DNA from: Eledone cirrhosa
Lineage: Eukaryota
DNA length: 64,000 nucleotides
Assembly: GCA_964016885.1 (NCBI GenBank)
Contig: OZ024755.1
Span: forward strand, 19,964,001-20,028,000
Direction of reading: 5' to 3'
Shown here: piece after piece, positions 61,111-64,000 of the stretch
Layout: the number at the start of each line of letters is the position of its first letter
Position numbering within the stretch: position 1 is the first letter of the stretch
Notes under the pieces: generated by a model
The model's input: only the letters and a program-made list of their open reading frames with translations
What the model was told of the DNA's origin: nothing
The model's database searches: none
Made by a program: the position numbers and the translations under genes

Positions 61111-62036
61111 TCTATATTATATAAAACTGAGGGTGTCTGTCTGTGTGTGAGTTTGAATTCCGAAAACTAGAGAACCACCCAACCGACTGTTTTCAAACTT
61201 TACACATGTAATACTTATGTTTCAGGGAGTGTTCTGAGCAAAAAGAATTTCATATTTTCCTTGCCCTAGGGACCGCATTAGGCGATTTAGCGATCTCGCT
61301 CTATAATTCTTAGTCTTTCTCTTTTTAGATAGGTACATACATATAACGTCGCACCCTTATAATATCTGTCTGTATGTCTGATGTCTGCATTACGTCACTT
61401 CCCTGAGGATGTCTGTCTGTGTGTGTGTGTGTCTGTGAGTTTGAATCCCTAAAACTCAAGAAGTACCCAACCGATTGTTTTCAAACTTCATATGTGTATT
61501 ACTTATGTTTCAGGGAGAGTTATGCACATAAAAAATTCAACTTTTTGTTTACTTCCTAGGGCCCGCATTAGGTGAAAAACTGCGTTTTTTAAGATTTTTA
61601 GGGGTTTTTTGAGGCGTTACGTCAGACCGATTTCCTTGAAATTGTAACTATGTATTAGTCAGTCTCTTCTTCATACCGTAGGCAAAGAAAATCTAACTTT
61701 CTTATGGCATAGGGCCCGCATTAGGTGAAAAACTTCACTTTTTCAGCTTCTTAGGGCTTTTTGGAGGCGTTACGTCTAGCCAATTTTCCCGAAATTTAAA
61801 GGCATATTATGCACATAAAAAAAATTCATTTTCTTGATCCCCTAGGGTCCGCATTAGGTGAAAACCTGCATTTTTCCTGCTTCATCGAGGAAAATCTTAA
61901 AGATTATCCAGCCATCAGAATATTCGGTTTATTTTCTTTACATATTATCCAGGCATGCAGTTTTTCCACAATTAGGTCTGTTGGCGGCCCGCGTTCCAAA
62001 ACACCTTATCCCGTGCAACGCCGGGTACCACTGCTA

Positions 62037-62037
<1 letters not shown>
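61111..62037 (+). mobile_element. Non-autonomous Helitron
   Basis: 5' TCTATATTATATAAAAC; short GTCT repeats; 3' hairpin CCCGTGCAACGCCGGG followed 8 nt later by CTAG|T; internal subrepeats (GGG.CCGCATTAGG, 4 copies). Confidence 0.8.
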
Positions 62038-62102
<65 letters not shown>

Positions 62103-62669
62103 AATGATCGACTTTCATCAAATCGGAGCGAGGAAACAATGTTTCCATTGGTCTTTCCAATTGAAAATACTATCTATCGGTCGCAACTCCAGTTAGAAGG
62201 AGCAACGTGAAATAAAGTGTCTTGCTCAGGGACATAACGCATAACACCGATACATGCCATGCACCACGAACAGCTAGGATTACTCTCATACACCGCTAAT
62301 GGATTGCTATGAACTAATTTATTTCCTCTGTGCCGTGTAAAGTACACATTTGTATTCTAGAGGGCAATATCCTAATCATATTCTACATAAATCAAATACA
62401 AAGGTAGGGGCGCTGATAATGATGTCAAAAGGAATATGATTTATAGACAAGATAGAACTAAAATATACTAATAGAATAACCACATGAACATGAAAAATGT
62501 ATAAAATAGCATTAGTTTCACTTAATTAAAGTAAGAAAAATCTAATTAAGAATAAATGATATATTGCTTTCGTATTGTGCTTTATGCAGCCAATATAATT
62601 TAAAAAAAAAATCAATTTTGAATTGGTTTTCTCGCTTTTATTTACGCTCATATATTTACAGAATACGAA

Positions 62670-62960
62670 GGCTTAGTGGTTAGAGCAGTAGGCTTGCAAT
62701 CAAAAGGTTGTGAGTTCAATTCTCGGACCAGACCGGGTGATGTGCTGTTTCCTTGAGCAAGACACTTTATTTCACGTTGCTCCAGTTTACTCAGCTGAAA
62801 AACAAAATGAGTACCAGCAATAGCTGGAGGTTTAACCCTGCGTTGGACTGGCGTCCTGTCCAGGGGAGGGGGGGGGGGTCTTGTACTCTCAGTCACTTCA
62901 CGCCATGAAACCGGAATAAGCACCGGCCAAATGAGCCTTCTGGCTGAAGACAGACTTTAG
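62670..62960 (+). mobile_element. tRNA-derived SINE with a CORE-like domain and a V-domain-like 3' part (tail type B)
   Basis: A box GGCTTAGTGG, B box GAGTTCAATTC, CCTTGAGCAAGACACTTTATTTCACGTTGCTCCAG, then CCCTGCGTTGGACTGGCGTCCTGTCCAGGG. Confidence 0.8.
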
Positions 62961-63264
62961 GCTTACGGCCTGCCCGCCCAGCTAGTGGGATGGCGTCATC
63001 GCATGGCTAAAACAGACGCCCGACAGACTGGTCAGTCAAGGGGATCAAGGTGATTTACAGAATGTCGATAAAAAAAATCATAGTTGATGCAATAGTTAAG
63101 TTTAAATCACGATTTTATTTAACTATTTTAGAAAACTTCCTCGTGTGATGTTATAATTCGCTTCTCATTTCTTTCCTTTCCTCTTGACACTTCAAGGTTA
63201 TGAGGAGAGGTGCTGGAATGTTATCATTACTGGATTATGTGAAAATTAACAAATTTACTTTACA

Positions 63265-63454
63265 GAGACACCAACAGGTGGGCGGCCTAGGGCTAGACCC
63301 CGAGCAAGATGGTTGGATAACATCCATGAGTTTGGCTGGTCATGCTTGGGAAATCCAGCCGGATCAGTTGGAGACCGTTGCTTCTGACAGGACCCACTGG
63401 AGGGAGTATTTGAGGCCTCTTCCCCCACGACCTCCTCAGGAATAAGTAAGCGAA
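63265..63454 (+). mobile_element. RTE-clade LINE extreme 3' end
   Basis: Aligns with 1900-2090 (CCGAGCAAGAT.GTTGGATAACATCCATGAGTTTGGCTGGTCA.GCTTGGG). Confidence 0.9.
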
Positions 63455-64000
63455 GAGTATTTGAGGCCTCTTCCTCCACGACCCCCTCAGGAATAAGTAA
63501 GCGAAGAGTATTTGAGGCCTCTTCCCCCACGACCCCCTCAGGAATAAGTAAGCGAAGAGTATTTGAGGCCTCTTCCTCCACGACCCCCTCAGGAATAAGT
63601 AAGCGAAGAGTATTTGAGGCCTCTTCCTCCACGACCCCCTCAGGAATAAGTAAGCGAAGAGTATTTGAGGCCTCTTCCTCCACGACCCCCTCAGGAATAA
63701 GTAAGCGAAGAGTATTTGAGGCCTCTTCCTCCACGACCCCCTCAGGAATAAGTAAGCGAAGAGTATTTGAGGCCTCTTCCTCCACGACCCCCTCAGGAAT
63801 AAGTAAGCGAAGAGTATTTGAGGCCTCTTCCTCCACGACCCCCTCAGGAATAAGTAAGCGAAGAGTATTTGAGGCCTCTTCCTCCACGACCCCCTCAGGA
63901 ATAAGTAAGCGAAGAGTATTTGAGGCCTCTTCCTCCACGACCCCCTCAGGAATAAGTAAGCGAAGAGTATTTGAGGCCTCTTCCCCCACGACCTCCTCAG
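63404..64000. repeat. 51-bp minisatellite (at least 11.7 copies, running off the window end) derived from the LINE 3' terminus
   Basis: Unit GAGTATTTGAGGCCTCTTCCTCCACGACCCCCTCAGGAATAAGTAAGCGAA, with no spacers. Confidence 0.97.

Noticed and set aside
62670-62730. tRNA gene
   Set aside because: The A and B boxes belong to a SINE head; the cloverleaf is incomplete and the sequence continues into the SINE body.
63255-63989. 244-aa repeat protein or CRISPR array
   Set aside because: Antisense reading of a spacer-less 51-bp tandem derived from a LINE end.

Overview
AT-rich, repeat-saturated eukaryotic (animal) DNA. There is no prokaryotic gene content, CRISPR array, rRNA or intact tRNA. The SINE families and the abundance of (TA)n/(CA)n repeats look like a cephalopod (Octopus-like) intronic or intergenic region; this is inference. 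Almost all ORFs in the track are translations of microsatellites. Recognisable protein-coding sequence is limited to dead transposon fragments: two RTE-clade LINE 3' ends, three CRE-like RT/restriction-endonuclease 3' fragments, one Tx1/L1-like 3' end and one internally deleted mariner. There is also a non-autonomous Helitron, more than 25 copies of a tRNA-derived Nin/Deu-domain SINE, and several CORE-like SINEs. The most interesting signal is a set of (TA)n-associated short elements carrying type I hammerhead ribozyme folds (6929, 12626, 40799; minimal ones at 2601 and 45860) alongside fold-back palindromes, as expected for Penelope-like pseudo-LTR remnants. Other notable items: a clean 24-nt candidate microexon on the minus strand (30279-30302), a mariner whose ~100-bp TIRs include the transposase C-terminus, and minisatellites born from retroelement sequence. 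Repeat boundaries were read by eye and are approximate (about +/-10 bp). Family names come from motif recognition, not database searches.
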